DNA of 64,000 bases, from positions 79,052,001 to 79,116,000 of the forward strand of contig NC_045696.1 of the NCBI RefSeq assembly GCF_009834535.1, in the 5' to 3' direction. The stretch is from Camelus ferus. Taxonomy: Eukaryota. Below, in pieces: positions 1-10,725 of the stretch (positions are counted from its first letter, which is position 1; each line of letters starts with the position of its first letter). A program made the position numbers and the translations under genes. Under the pieces are notes generated by a model, which saw nothing but the letters and a program-made list of their open reading frames with translations, was not told the origin of the DNA and searched no databases.

Positions 1-2399
1 AACACTTCCTTTTATTAGTTTGATCCCATTAGTTCTCCCCATAGCCCTGAGTACTGTAATTACCCTCTTCCTTCAGTTTTCGTGACATGCCCTGGTTTAT
101 AAGCTATTCTGTCCCATTCATGTCCTCTAATCTCTGAAGCATCCTCCAGGCGTCCATGTAGAGCTGATTGCCATACATAAGGGTAAGAGAAAGTCAGAGC
201 CATTCCAAATCGATTGTAAGAAATCTGCCTTGCAGCCAGTTAGTTCTGTTGCAGCAAAAGCCGATTCACGTAAAGCAAAAAGGGAGCTCTCCTTGGTGAA
301 TGTGGCAGCTGACCAGCTCACAAAGGTGAGAATGGAACTGTCTCATCAGTGAAACTGCAGGTCTGGCAACCCTTCAGAGGGACATGCCAAATCTTCATTT
401 ACTCTGTCTCTTAAACTGGGGCTATGAAATTGAGCCCACATGGGCCTAATCACAAATCAGCCTCTAATAACACTGTAAGTGGCACCCTGGAATAGGAGAC
501 CAGAGGGAACTTAGGTGAGTCACTTGATTCTTTGAATTCCAGTTCCTTTATCTTAAGAGTAAAATCTTATTTCCTAATGAAATGGTATCTGGAACCACAT
601 TAAGGAAAACATATCAAAGCAGAGTTGGTGCAGCAGAACCAGAAGTAGGGAGCCAGGGACCTTCCTGCTTGGTCTCTTGCCTCCTGCAGTTGGCCATGAG
701 GGAAGTCCAGAGAACATTAGAATCACATAGAACTCGTTTGAAAACTGTGGAATCAGTGATTTCACACACTCACCCAGCCCCCTATGAAATGCCCCTGCAG
801 TTTTGAGTAATTCTACTAACAACATCCTTAGGAGCACTGGTAAGCGTATCACTTCACGATGCTTCCTGACTGTAGGACTCCAGAGACAGCCAAGCCTCTG
901 CCCAGGATCTGACCTCTCAGCCCAGCACTCCCTTCTGTTTGTGAGGAGACTCATGCTCAGCTGGTCAGACAAATAGGAGTGACACTTCTCACCCTCCGAG
1001 CAATAACTCTAGTCCCCATTTCACCACTCGCTCTTGTGATTCTAGAATGTTCTTCAACATTCATGAGTTCACTTTAAAGACAGTATCAGCTTAGAGAAGA
1101 AAAAGCTTTAGAGAAACTCTTGATGAAAAAGAGGCCAAGTGGCTGGGGTGGTAAGGTTTTGATGGAGGGAAGGCCCAAAAGAACAGTATAATTAACTTCG
1201 TCTTTTACTCTAAAGCAGAGCCTCTTCTCTGCACCCTGTCACAACATTAGTTGTCAAATGGTGACATTGCTTATTTTATGTTAAATGATGCAATATTGTC
1301 TAACAGTTGATTACAGACTTTGTGATAAATACCGGGTCAATCTGATTCATAGTCATGCTAGAAAAATGCAAAACAAAACAAAACAAGAAGAAGTTTCAAA
1401 GTAGCAATCTCACTGAATTGGATTGCTTTCTTTTCATGGTGATTGATACAGGTATCAGCTAAAAACATGATCTCAAAGTGATTTTTCTGGGCGCTCCAAG
1501 TCCCCCTCCCTGAGGCCAGCACCGCAGCAGCCAATAGCAGCGCCCATTCTTTTGAACCCAACTCGCTTGGCTCTAGTCACTAGAATTCTACAACCGCAGC
1601 GCCTTGCCTTTGAAATAAAATGTGATTCTGAATTACAGTTGAAGATAGAAGTGTTGTTCACCTTCGGTATAAAATTCAGAATGTACACCTACAGCCATAA
1701 CTGTTCTAATCCCTCTTCACTTCTTTTCATAAACATTACAAATGACCTACGCTAAAATGATTTTCACTTTAAACCTCTTTCTTATTACTTAATATCTAAC
1801 AGAAAATCTAAAATACTTACTTTTCCTCTTGAAATGATTTAATGTAGCATGACCCTCTTTCATCAGCCTTAACTCCCAAATGCATTATCCTCTTCTATTT
1901 CCCTTTCACTCAGTATCCCTCTGACATGTCAATGTCTTTAGCCCTCCACATTAAACAGCATATTGATTACATATTAGCTTCTTTCTTTCTCAATATTCTT
2001 AAACAGTTCTCTTGTGTAGGCTCGGCACATCCATCATTCCGTATTCCTCTTTTATACATAATGAATAATCATATTTACATACTGTCCAGTTCCAAGGAAT
2101 TAAAGCACTTAAGATTACTCTGGGGAAATACGTGTAATCAATTCTGACAGCATTTCTGAGACAGGTAGAAGCGAAACACTTTAATACATTTTCACTAAGT
2201 AAGAAAGATGGCAGTGGAGATGGGGAATTAGCCTTAGGTCATGCTGTCATTTCCCAGTAGCTACAAATTGACCTTCAATCCCTGGCCAAGTGTGCTAGCC
2301 CTCTCATTACCCTTCCTCCCATTCCCCCCAGTCAGGCGATCTACACTATTGCCGTAACTGGACTTCCACCCGAGACCGCCCATCCCACACTCTCCCCGC

Positions 2400-3010
2400 T
2401 CTCATCCTGTTCTGCTTCGGCCTGTCACTGCCAGATGTGCCGTCCTGCAGAATTCTCTGATCCTGCCACTCACTAGCGCCAAAAACTTCAATAGCTTCCT
2501 ATCGTCCAACAGATTAAATAGAACTTTTCTCACACCAGCATTTGAGTGTCTCAACCTAACTTTTCAAATATATCAACTACTGCCTTATATGTACTCTAGT
2601 ACTCTATATAACCAGCATAGTTATTAGCTCTTCCCCGAAAGTCTCAAACTTTTCCACTTCCAAGTCTTTGCCCATGTTGTTTCTGATGCTCAAAAACACT
2701 TGTCTCCCCTTCTATGCTCTAGTCCTGCCTTTTGTTCTTTGGGGATCATATTCAATTTTTCTACTTCCATGAAGCTCCTTCTGTGTCTGCTAGCCAGATG
2801 TAACCCATCTTTTTCAAAGGTGCAGAAATTTGTGCTTGTCCCTCAGCCTGTATGATAGCTAACTTATTCTCTCTCTCCTTTTTTTTCTTTTAGTTCATCA
2901 CTTTTTATACACTATAAAACATTTTATAGCAGTAACTCTCTTCCTAGTAATTTTTAAAAGCCTTCTGTGGTACCTACACCTATAATTACTTATCTAATAA
3001 GCATTTTCTA
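2400..3010 (+). mobile_element. L2 LINE 3' region remnant
   Basis: Pyrimidine-rich decayed sequence with L2-like phrases (e.g. 'aaaaacttcaatagcttcctatcgtccaacagattaaatagaactt', 'tctttgcccatgttgtttctgatgct'). Boundaries approximate. Confidence 0.55.
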
Positions 3011-4269
3011 TGTATTTAATTTGAATCCATTAATTGTATTACAGCATACTTATCAATATATCTTTTCTTCAAGAATTATTTTTCATTACAGTTCATAAAA
3101 ACATCATTTATCATTATATCCTTTTAAAATTCTTGAACTCTGTTTTTCTCTGTCACTTTTGTTGGCTCCTGTTTCATCTCTTAATTCTGGTATTCCTTAT
3201 GAATTTATTACCACATCCTTCCTTATAGATTTGTTCTTGTTTCTTACCTATATATCCCCTCCAGAAGAAATTCTTTTTCTCCTGGCTCTAATTTGTGACA
3301 CATGACAATAACCTACACCTTTCTTTCTTTCTTTTTTATTTTTTCCCAGCTCTGATCACTCTCTGTTGCCCTGCTTCCAACTGTTTCCTTAATGTTTCTG
3401 CAAGGATATCAATATATATGTGACCAGACTCACACCTCTTCCCCCAACACTCCTTTGCCATCATTGACACCAGTGACTTCATCGCTCTCTGGCATATTAA
3501 GCTGAAATTTATTCTCTAAGTCATACAGTCAATTTAATTCTCTCACTGTGCATGAAAGAAAATTAAAGATTTAGCAAAGGGCAAGTGACTAGTCCAAAAC
3601 AACGCAACACAACTGATCTTCAGATCCAATTAGTATTTAACCAGCAGCCCATCTGAAGAGACGCCTTAGAAACAACTCTCTGAAATTTGTTGTGCGTATA
3701 GCAATGATGTGTCGAGGATGTTGATGCTCTCCCACAATCTTCTCTGCTTGAGGACAGACAGAAAACATTTCTCTCCCTGCTCTGTTCTGAGAATAAATGA
3801 GTTTCTCCTGTGCAACTGCTTAATTTAGACCTTTCAAATGACAAACTTGACCAAATCTCCTTTTTATTGTCTTCTAGGAAGCTCATACTCCAATTTTTTT
3901 CCCACTCATAGCAAATGTTTAAGACCTCAGAGCATACATTTGAATCCTAGTGTCCATCTTGGTTTCAAATGACTTTTTCTTCCAAAATTTTTCCTTCATA
4001 AATTTCATGAATTATCTTTTCTTAAAGAAATAACTTGTAAATTGTATCTATTTTTTTAACTATTGTGAATAAAACAGAAAAAAATACTTAACTACACAAA
4101 TGAAACAGTGATAGAGATAGAATTGGGTACAAGGTCTCTAGACCCCCCAATAGCACACCATGTCTTGTCTGGCTGTTCTTTATATTGACTTGATATATAT
4201 TGCTATGTGTACCTGTGTGTCTGTGTTTGTGTGCAGGTATATGAGTGTGTTTAAGATTCATTCATTTCA

Positions 4270-4397
4270 TAACCATCCTATCAGATTGTAAAATCCCCAA
4301 GGACAGCAATTGTCTTTAAATTTTTTTTGCAATCTTCTCAAGCAAATATAATAGTATGTGCATATGGTAGCCACTCAATAAATGGGTTTGGATGATT
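4270..4397 (+). mobile_element. L2 3' end fragment
   Basis: 'agattgtaaaatccccaaggacagcaattgtct...catatggtagccactcaataaatgggtttggatga' resembles the L2 terminal motif. Confidence 0.6.
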
Positions 4398-4616
4398 CTC
4401 AATCAATTGCTAAATCTTAACTCATATCTCAATTCTCAGTCACCATCTCACTTATATATAGAATTGTCTATCTGACCATGGCTAAAAGTGTAATCCTTTA
4501 CTTGACAGAACAAATATGTAATCTTGGGGTTTACTGTAAAATAAATTTCTGTTAATGGAATCTTGTCTACTCACTAATTTAAGGGCAATGAAAAACTTGT
4601 ACTTTATAAAAATACA

Positions 4617-6983
4617 CACGCATACTTCATAGAGACTGTGGGTTCGATTCCATTATCTGAGCCTTCAGCAAGTTGTAATCTTTTTGCTGGTGGAAGGTCT
4701 TGCCTTGATGTTGATGGCTGCTGACTGATCAGGTGGTGATTGCTGAAAGCTGAGGTGGCTGTGGCAATTTCTTAAAATAAGACAACAATGAAAGGTGCTG
4801 CATCGATTGACCCTTCCTTTTGCTAATGATTTCTCTTAGCATGTAACGCTGTTTGATAGCATTTTACTCACAATAGAACTTCTTTCAAAAGTGGAGTCAG
4901 TCCTCTCAAACCTTGCTGCTGCTTTATCAGTTAAGTTCACATCATACTCTAAATCCTTTGTTGTCATTTCAATAGTCTTCACATCTCCATTAGAAGTAGA
5001 TTGCATCTCAAAAGCCACTTTCTTTGCTTATTCATAAGAAGCAACTCCTCATCCTTTCAAGTTTTATTATGAGGCTGGAGCAACTCAGTCACAGCTTCAG
5101 GCTTCCCTTCTAATTCTAGTTTTCTTCCTATTTCCACCACATCTGCAGTTACTTTCTCCACTGCAGTCTTAGACCCCTCAAAGTCACTCATGAGGGTTGG
5201 AATCAACTTCTTCCAAACTCCTGTTAATGTTGTTATTTTGCTTCTTCCCATGAGTCATTCTTAATGGAATCTAGAATGGTGAATCCTTTCCTGAAGGTTT
5301 TTGAATTGCCCAGATCCATCAGTGGAATCACTCTGTATGGAGGCAACAGCCTTATGAAATGTATCTCTTAAATAATAAGACTTGAAAGTTGAAAGTACTC
5401 TCTGATCCACAGGCTACAGAATGGATGATGTATTAACAGGCATGAAAACAACACTAATCTCACTATACATCATCATCAGAGCTCTTGGGTGACCAAATGC
5501 ATTGTCAATGAGCAGTGATATTTTGAAGTAAATCATTTTTTTCTGAACAGGAGATCTTAATAGTGGACTTAAAATATTCAGGAAACCACATTATAAACAG
5601 ATGTGCTGTCATCCAGGCTTTGTTGCTCCATTTAGAGAGCACAGGCAGGTAGATTGAGCATAATTCTTTTTAAAAAATATTTTACTTATTTATTATTTAA
5701 TTAATTTATTTTGGTGGTGGTGGGTGAGATAATTAGGTTTGTTCATTTTTTAGAGAAGGTGCTGGGGACTGAACCCAGGACCTCGTGCATGCTAATCATG
5801 CACACTACCACTTGAGCTATATCCTCCCCCCTCAGACTTAGCATAATTCTCAAAGGTCCTAGGATTTTCAGAATGGTAATGAGCACTGGTTTCAACTTAA
5901 AGTCATCAGCTGTATTAGCCCCTGACGAGAGTGTCAGCCTATCCTTTGAAGATTTGAAGCCAGGCATTGACTTCTCCTCTATAGTTATGAAAATCCTAGA
6001 TGGCATCTTCTTTCAATATAAGGTTGTTTTCATATACACTGAAAAATCTTCATGCATTATCTCAGCTAGATCTTCTGGATAATCTGCTGCAGCTGCTACA
6101 TCAGTACTTGCTGCTTCATTTTGCATTTTTATGTTATGGTGACGGCTTCTTTCCCTTAAACCTCATGAACCAACCTCTGCTAGCTTCAGATTTTTCTTCT
6201 GCAGCTTCTTCACCTCTCTCAGCCCTCATAGAACTAAAGAGAGTAAGTATTGCTCTAGATTAGGCTTTGGCTTAATGCTATGGCTGGTTTGATCTTCTAT
6301 CCAGACCAGTCCAGCTTTCTCCATTTCAGCAATATGGCTACATCTCTTTCTTATCGTTCTTGTGCTCACTGGAGTAGCACTTTAAACTTCCTTCAAGAAC
6401 TTCCTCCTTGCACTCACAACTTGGCTAACTCTTTGGTGTAAGAAGCCTAGTTCTTCTCTTGTCTCAGCTTTTGACATGCCTTCCTCACTAAGCTTAATCA
6501 CTTCTAGCTTTTGATTTAAAGTGAGAGATTTGTCACTCTTCCTTTCCCTTGAACACATTAAGGCCATTTTAGGGTTATTAAGTGGCCTAATTTAAATATT
6601 GTTGTGCCTCAGAGATTAGGGAGGCTCAAGGAGAGGGAGAGAGATGGCGGAACAGCTGGTCAGTGGAGCAGTCAGATCACACACAGTATTTATCGATCGT
6701 CTGCTGTCTTGTACAGGCATGGTTTGTAGCACCCTTAGAAAATTACAGCAGTAACACCAAGCAAAGATTGCTGACCACAGATCACCACAACCAATATAAT
6801 AATAATAATATAAAAGTTTGAAATGTTACCAAATATTGCCAAATTACCAACATAAGACATGGGGACACAAGCAAATGCTTGGAAAAATGGCACCAATAGA
6901 CTTGCTCAACACAGGGTTGCCACAAACCTTCAATTTGTAAAAGATACAATATCTGTAAAGCACAACAAAATTAAGTGTACCTG
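4617..6983 (-). mobile_element. Tigger1 DNA transposon (TcMar-Tigger), near full length, with decayed transposase
   Basis: TIR-like ends 'cacgcatacttcatagagactgtgggtt' (4617) and '...gtgtacctg' followed by TA (6983-6985). Minus-strand ORF fragments 6382-6567 (KSLTLNQKLEVIKLSEEGMSKAE, HTH), 5743-6006 (EEKSMPGFKSSKDRLTL), 5057-5251 (LTGVWKKLIPTLMSDFEG) and 4836-5018 are colinear pieces of Tigger1 transposase. Confidence 0.95.
5668..5833 (-). mobile_element. tRNA-Ala-derived SINE (Vic-1-like, camelid) nested in Tigger1
   Basis: Reverse strand reads GGGGAGGATATAGCTCAAGTGGTAGTGTGCATGATTAGCATGCACGAGGTCCTGGGTTCAGTCCCCAGCACC (A and B boxes), then an A-rich tail. 17-bp TSD agattgagcataattct (5651-5667) / agacttagcataattct (5834-5850), 15/17 identical. 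Confidence 0.9.
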
Positions 6984-8659
6984 TACTTATAATGCAGCCA
7001 GTATTTAAAATGAGGGCAACATAACGACATTCAAATGCATTCAGAATATTCAGAATATAGCAAGCTTGTTTTGCACTGATGATAAGTTAAATATAAGAAA
7101 CATAGTAAGTAAAGGCAGAGAAAAATACAATTGCTGATTTAATGACATCTATTTTATATTTTTTTAACATTTCTATTTAACATTTCTTTCGATGTGAAGA
7201 TAGAAATGTTTAAAACTCTAGAAATCCCATCTATTCATCATTGGTAACTTTCTTTAACAATTTAAATTTTACATTCAAAGTAGTTTTCTTTTTAACTCTT
7301 TAAAATCTTTTTAAAAGTGTTTTAGGCATACCATATACTTTTCATAGACATTATTAGCTCTTATAAAATTTGTTGGATGGATATTCCAACACTAAATAAA
7401 ACTTAAGAAATGAGAAAGCAATTTTTTGTTTAACAGTGGAATCTACCTCCCCGATACTTCACAAATAAACAATTATTTAGCAATTTTGTTTGGTCCTCAC
7501 CTCAATTTTATAAAGTAAGCAGCATGCATGTAGGGAGCCCCCTTAAGGAATAGAGGAATAAATCTATATTTCCTAAGATACAGTCCTTTGGAAACAGGTA
7601 CTTAAAAGGCTACACTGCGATTGATTTCTTTATTCTACTTAAGCACAGAAAAGCATGTGTTTGTTGAACCCACCAATGTGGGCTCCAAAACAGAAACAGG
7701 AGGTAACCAAAGTCAACAAGTATCACACTGGGAAGAGTGTGCCTGTAAAATCATTAGTAGAGCCCAGAAATTCCGCACAGCCCCATTTCCCTGCACTAAT
7801 GTGGAGCTCCAGGAAGCATAAACACACACACAAACAAACAAAGGGAAACGGTTTAAAAAAAAAAAAAAAAAGTCCGTTTGCTTCTATTACAGGCAGCGAG
7901 CGGTGCCTGCTGTAAACAAAAACGGGGTAAATATGTTATTCCGCCAGTGTTCAATTTTCCATTATTATTTGAAGAACGAAACTCTTGTGTTTGAGTCCAT
8001 TTGAGGAAATACTATTGTCATCTTTTTATATATAAAAGCAATTTCAAGTCACTGCTAAATTATATTTAAGAAAATATAGTATGGAGCCTCAATTTTTCAC
8101 ATACTTTTGCAAAACAGTAGGTACAGATCTTAGTAATATGCTTGCAATAAATCTCACATATATTGAGATAACACCTTTTTCTTTAGGTCATTGTTGAAAC
8201 ACTAAGACTATAATGACCAAACTATTTGACCAAACAAATGTTTTACCCTAGTGGTACTCTAAATCATAATGCCTTTTTTCAGACTTTCTGAAACTAAGAA
8301 AATCTGATTTGAGATCAGAATTCCTGTTGTAGAAATTATTTCAGAGGATAAAAAATTTGTTTTGTTTCAACAAAGGAAAAAAAATTTTAAAGCTTAACAT
8401 TCCATACGTGCTCTCTGTTACACTATTTTAAATTATATTTCCAGTAGCTTTATTTAAACAATGTAAGTAAAACATGAAGGGTTAAGATGTGTCATTAAAG
8501 ACATCAGGATACCATTTTTTAAAAATGTTGGTTTGAAATTTCAGTTTTCTCCAGGTATTGTGCAAGCTTTCTAGGTAGTGGAAGCGGTCTTAGTTAATGT
8601 TAAGTCACTTTCTCACAAGGGGAAATGTATGACTGGTGCATTGATCTTCACTACGGGAC

Positions 8660-8880
8660 AATATAGCAACTGGTTAGGAATGCGGTTTAGAGATTCAAAT
8701 AGACCTGTGTCAAGTTTTGGTTTTGTCACTTAGGCGTTGTGTGACTTTAACAAATTATTCTACCCCTATAATTTTGTTTCCTTATTTCTAACTGGGCATG
8801 ATAAAAATGTTTCTTTAATAGAGTTGATTCAAAAATTAAATAATCTATGCTAAGAAACAGCACAGTTATTATTAATTTTT
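8660..8880 (+). mobile_element. MIR SINE
   Basis: 'tggttaggaatgcggtttagagattcaaatagacctgtgtcaag...tcacttaggcgttgtgtgactttaacaaatta' matches the MIR pattern. Confidence 0.7.
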
Positions 8881-9044
8881 GGCTATTTTTATTAGCATTA
8901 TTTTTATTAGCATTATTTTCATTAGCCATATATGTTTCAGGAAGAATGTGAATTTGCTTTTTTCAGTCAAATGTGATTTTTTTGACTTTTGTTCCTTGGC
9001 CTGCAAGCTGTGAAATCTTGAGTAATTTATTTAAAAGTCTCTGA

Positions 9045-10520
9045 GAAGAACCAAAGCAATACAACAGAGAAAGAAAAGTCTCTTTAGCAAAGGGTACTAG
9101 AAAGTTAGATACCCACATGGAAAAAAATAAACTTCAACAACTACCTCATACCATATACAAAAATTAATTTGAACATTTGCCCAATGGTAACATCTTAAAC
9201 ACTAACACTTTTAAAGAAAAATACAGGATAGTACGTGCATGTCTTGCAGCTAGACAAAATTTTCTTAGATGTTAGAAAACAGTAAGTACTAAAAAATTGA
9301 TAAAATACATCAAAATTTAAAATTTCTGCTCATCAAAAGACACCATTAAGAAAATGACTAGGCAAGTCACAGAGTGGGAGAAAATACCTGTGAAACATAT
9401 ATCTGATAAAGAATAAGTATCAAGGACATAAATAATTTTAATAATAAAAGTCCAATAATCCAGTTTTTAAATGGGCAAAATATTTGAATGTTTCATTAAA
9501 AAGATGAAAAATGGCCAATTAGCACATAAAAAGTAAAAACCACTGGTCTCCAGGAAATAAAAATTAAAACCACAATGAGATGCCACAAACCCTATCAGAC
9601 TGGAGAATATGAAAGTCTGACCACACCAATGTTGGTAACAACATGGAGCAAATGCAACTGACACATGTTGTTTATATACAAAATGGCACAGTCACTTGGA
9701 GAAACATCTCACAGCAATTCCATTCCTAGGAATTTACACAAGAAAGGTAAGAATAGATACTCATAAAAAGATGTGTACAATAATGCTCATGGAAGCTTTA
9801 TTCGTAATATCTTCAAGCTGCAAACAGCCTCGGAGTCCATTAATAAAAGAGTGAATAAACAGACAGTGGTATATTAATAACAAGATGAAATACTATTCAG
9901 CAATGAAAAGGAAAAAAATACTAATATACCTATGACTTGGATAGTTACCAAAATAGGCTGAGTAGAAGCCTTACAGGAAAAAGTGCATACTCTTTGGTTG
10001 CATTTATAAGAACTTTTAAACAAGCAAAATTGCAAAATTAAACTATTGTGAAAAAATATCAGAACAGTGTTGCCTTTTGGAGGACAAGTGGGGATGACTG
10101 GGATGGAGCCTGCTGGTGGTACTGGTGTTCTGTACCTTGATCACAGTTTTGTTACACAGGTCTGCACGCATTTGTCAAAACTTTGTTAAAAAAAACACTT
10201 AAGAGGTATGCATTTGTGTGTGTGTTCATAACAAAATAAAAAAAAGACGCTAGGCAAATATTGAACTCCAGTTAATATATGCATGCTGAAGTATTTGGGG
10301 AGAAATATACTGATGTCTGCAATTTACTTTGAATTATATCGAAAAATAAGATGTACTGACATATCCATCAATAGGGGATAAACAGATGGATAAATATGTA
10401 GTAAAATAAGAATAAAAATGTTATTGACTGAATTTACATGATATACACATGTTTACTGTAAAATTCCCTCAACTTCATTGATGTTTGAAAATGTTCATAA
10501 AAGTTATTGAAAAAATTAAA
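9045..10520 (+). mobile_element. Old L1 (L1MD/L1ME-like) ORF2 3' part plus 3'UTR, inserted into a MIR
   Basis: L1 ORF2 phrases ('ctacctcataccatatacaaaaattaatt', 'cagagtgggagaaaata', 'cagcaattccattcctaggaatttac') and an A-rich end near 10515. MIR halves flank it (about 8985-9043 and 10522-10605). Confidence 0.88.
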
Positions 10521-10608
10521 ATTTTCTGATGTTTTTCATCTTCTGGAAAGGGGTAATTATCATCCCTTCCTGAAGGATTTTTCTGAGCTAAAATGAGACA
10601 ATGACACC

Positions 10609-10725
10609 TCGGGTATATGTTCTGCAAAGACTTTTTGCCACTCTGTGGATTACCTAGTCATTTTCTCAATGGTGTCCTTCCATGAACAGACGTTTTAAAA
10701 GTTTGATGTAATTTATCAACTTCTC
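10609..10725 (-). mobile_element. L1 ORF2 fragment, inverted relative to the upstream L1
   Basis: The reverse complement aligns by eye to 9297-9406. Confidence 0.75.

Noticed and set aside
574..972. Longest ORFs in the track (also 12265-12648, 40862-41260, 32232-32926, 53730-54083, 62823-63173)
   Set aside because: No recognisable domain or exon structure. Several overlap repeats, and their lengths fit chance expectation over 64 kb in six frames.
1515..1545. REST/RE1 site (CAGCACC ... CAGCGCC)
   Set aside because: The right half-site lacks GGACAG and the spacing is non-canonical.
5758..5830. tRNA-Ala gene on the minus strand
   Set aside because: It has mismatched stems, an A-rich tail and a TSD, so it is a SINE head and not a tRNA gene.
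5743..6006. Chimeric transposase/SINE ORF
   Set aside because: Chance read-through from the Tigger1 frame into the nested SINE, with no promoter or splice support.
4836..6567. Transposase-like ORFs as a domesticated TIGD-type gene
   Set aside because: Broken into several frames by stops and frameshifts and interrupted by a SINE. It is a dead Tigger1 copy.
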